Shown: positions 47,030 to 47,714 of the stretch, one piece after another
How positions within the stretch are numbered: position 1 is the first letter of the stretch
Layout: every line of letters starts with the position of its first letter
NCBI GenBank assembly: GCA_046760505.1
Contig: JBHIEG010000015.1
Coordinates: forward strand, 1 to 47,714
Length of the DNA: 47,714 nucleotides
Direction of reading: 5' to 3'
Source: Candidatus Hydrothermarchaeota archaeon
GTDB taxonomy: Archaea > CAYFZR01
The notes under the pieces: model-generated
The model's database searches: none
The model's input: the letters and a program-made list of their open reading frames with translations, nothing else
Told to the model about the DNA's origin: nothing
Program-made: the position numbers and the translations under genes

Positions 47030-47626
47030 TCACGCACAATACTTTTCTACCTCACAGTATCTGCATTGCTTGCCCTTGGTAACGTTTGGAATTCTTTCTT
47101 CCATTATCAGCGAGTTTATATTTTCCACATCTCTCTTTATTGCCAGTCGATCACTTTCAGTAATTATTATTGTAAAAGACTTTCTTTTCGGTATAGAATA
47201 TACCAATCCTTTTTTTATCTTCTTTCCGTACTTTGCCTCAGCAAGCAATGAGTAGGCGACCATCTGCTTGCGCCAGTTAAAAAATACTCTCTGAAAATCC
47301 GAATACTTCACATCCACTACCAAAATATCTCCAGATTTAAGGAATAAAACAGTGTCTATTTGTCCCTTTATTCCATACTCTTCATTTTCAGCGTATACGT
47401 TATGATCTACCTTCTCTACTTTATCGGGATCAAAGCCATAGACGGTTTTTCTCTCCTTTAATCTTTCTTTCTCGGATTCATGTTTCAAAGATCCGAATTC
47501 CATCTTTTTTCTAGGTACATGTGGAACGTTCATTGTTACCAGGAAGTATATCTTTCTGGGACAATAGTAATACTGGGTCAAAAGCCATACATCAAGCAGT
47601 TCACCATCTGAGCCAGAAACTAACAT
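47030..47626 (-). CDS. cas4: CRISPR-associated exonuclease Cas4
   Basis: QYYYCPR, G...H, G.ID, DVK, Q..AY, C-terminal CRYCEVEKYC (4-Cys Fe-S cluster). Confidence 0.93.
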   Translation of the reverse strand: MLVSGSDGELLDVWLLTQYYYCPRKIYFLVTMNVPHVPRKKMEFGSLKHESEKERLKERKTVYGFDPDKVEKVDHNVYAENEEYGIKGQIDTVLFLKSGDILVVDVKYSDFQRVFFNWRKQMVAYSLLAEAKYGKKIKKGLVYSIPKRKSFTIIITESDRLAIKRDVENINSLIMEERIPNVTKGKQCRYCEVEKYCA

Positions 47627-47714
47627 AGTTGGGAGACTCTCCTCTCAAGAATTTTGCTATGGAGCGCGCCTGACTTAATATGAGATCTGACCACCTGATT
47701 TTTTTACCTTCATA
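47601..47714 (-). CDS. cas1: CRISPR-associated Cas1, C-terminal 37 aa (truncated by window edge)
   Basis: Manual translation YEGKKIRWSDLILSQARSIAKFLRGESPNYVSFWLRW*, matching the Cas1 tail I..QAR.LA..L.G....Y..F..RW. Confidence 0.8.
   Translation of the reverse strand, partial: YEGKKIRWSDLILSQARSIAKFLRGESPNYVSFWLRW

Noticed and set aside
1-47714. tRNA/rRNA genes, IS elements, integrases or proviral genes
   Set aside because: No GC-rich structured RNA segment, transposase, integrase or capsid motif was recognised by eye; tRNAscan/Infernal would be needed to exclude small RNAs.

Overview
AT-rich, gene-dense archaeal (euryarchaeote-like) chromosomal segment. No rRNA or tRNA gene was recognised. 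Most of it is housekeeping: the trm112-srp54-pus10-rpl21e-rpoF-DUF655-rsmA-hemK translation operon, fbp, larB, gatCAB, pyrF, hisC, argD, purB, cobQ, arcS/raSEA, rpoN and tatA. Four accessory modules are embedded. (1) A bacterial-type NHEJ cluster encodes Ku, a stand-alone LigD ligase and a stand-alone LigD polymerase. An HD phosphohydrolase and a nitrilase remnant lie inside it, and no LigD phosphoesterase is present. It is preceded by an unusual Zn-ribbon/TM/tetraheme cytochrome c. (2) A signalling cluster holds three KaiC/RAD55-like ATPases, a V4R protein and two USPs. (3) An uncharacterised PLP enzyme is paired with a radical SAM enzyme. (4) At the right end, the cas1 3' end and cas4 are followed by a leader, a CRISPR mini-array (two 37-nt repeats plus a degenerate trailer) and a co-oriented small gene-nurA-herA module without mre11/rad50. 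Several features missing from the ORF track were read directly from the DNA: Trm112, a 42-aa Zn finger, the cas1 tail and a nitrilase pseudogene. All calls come from motif recognition; no database searches were run.
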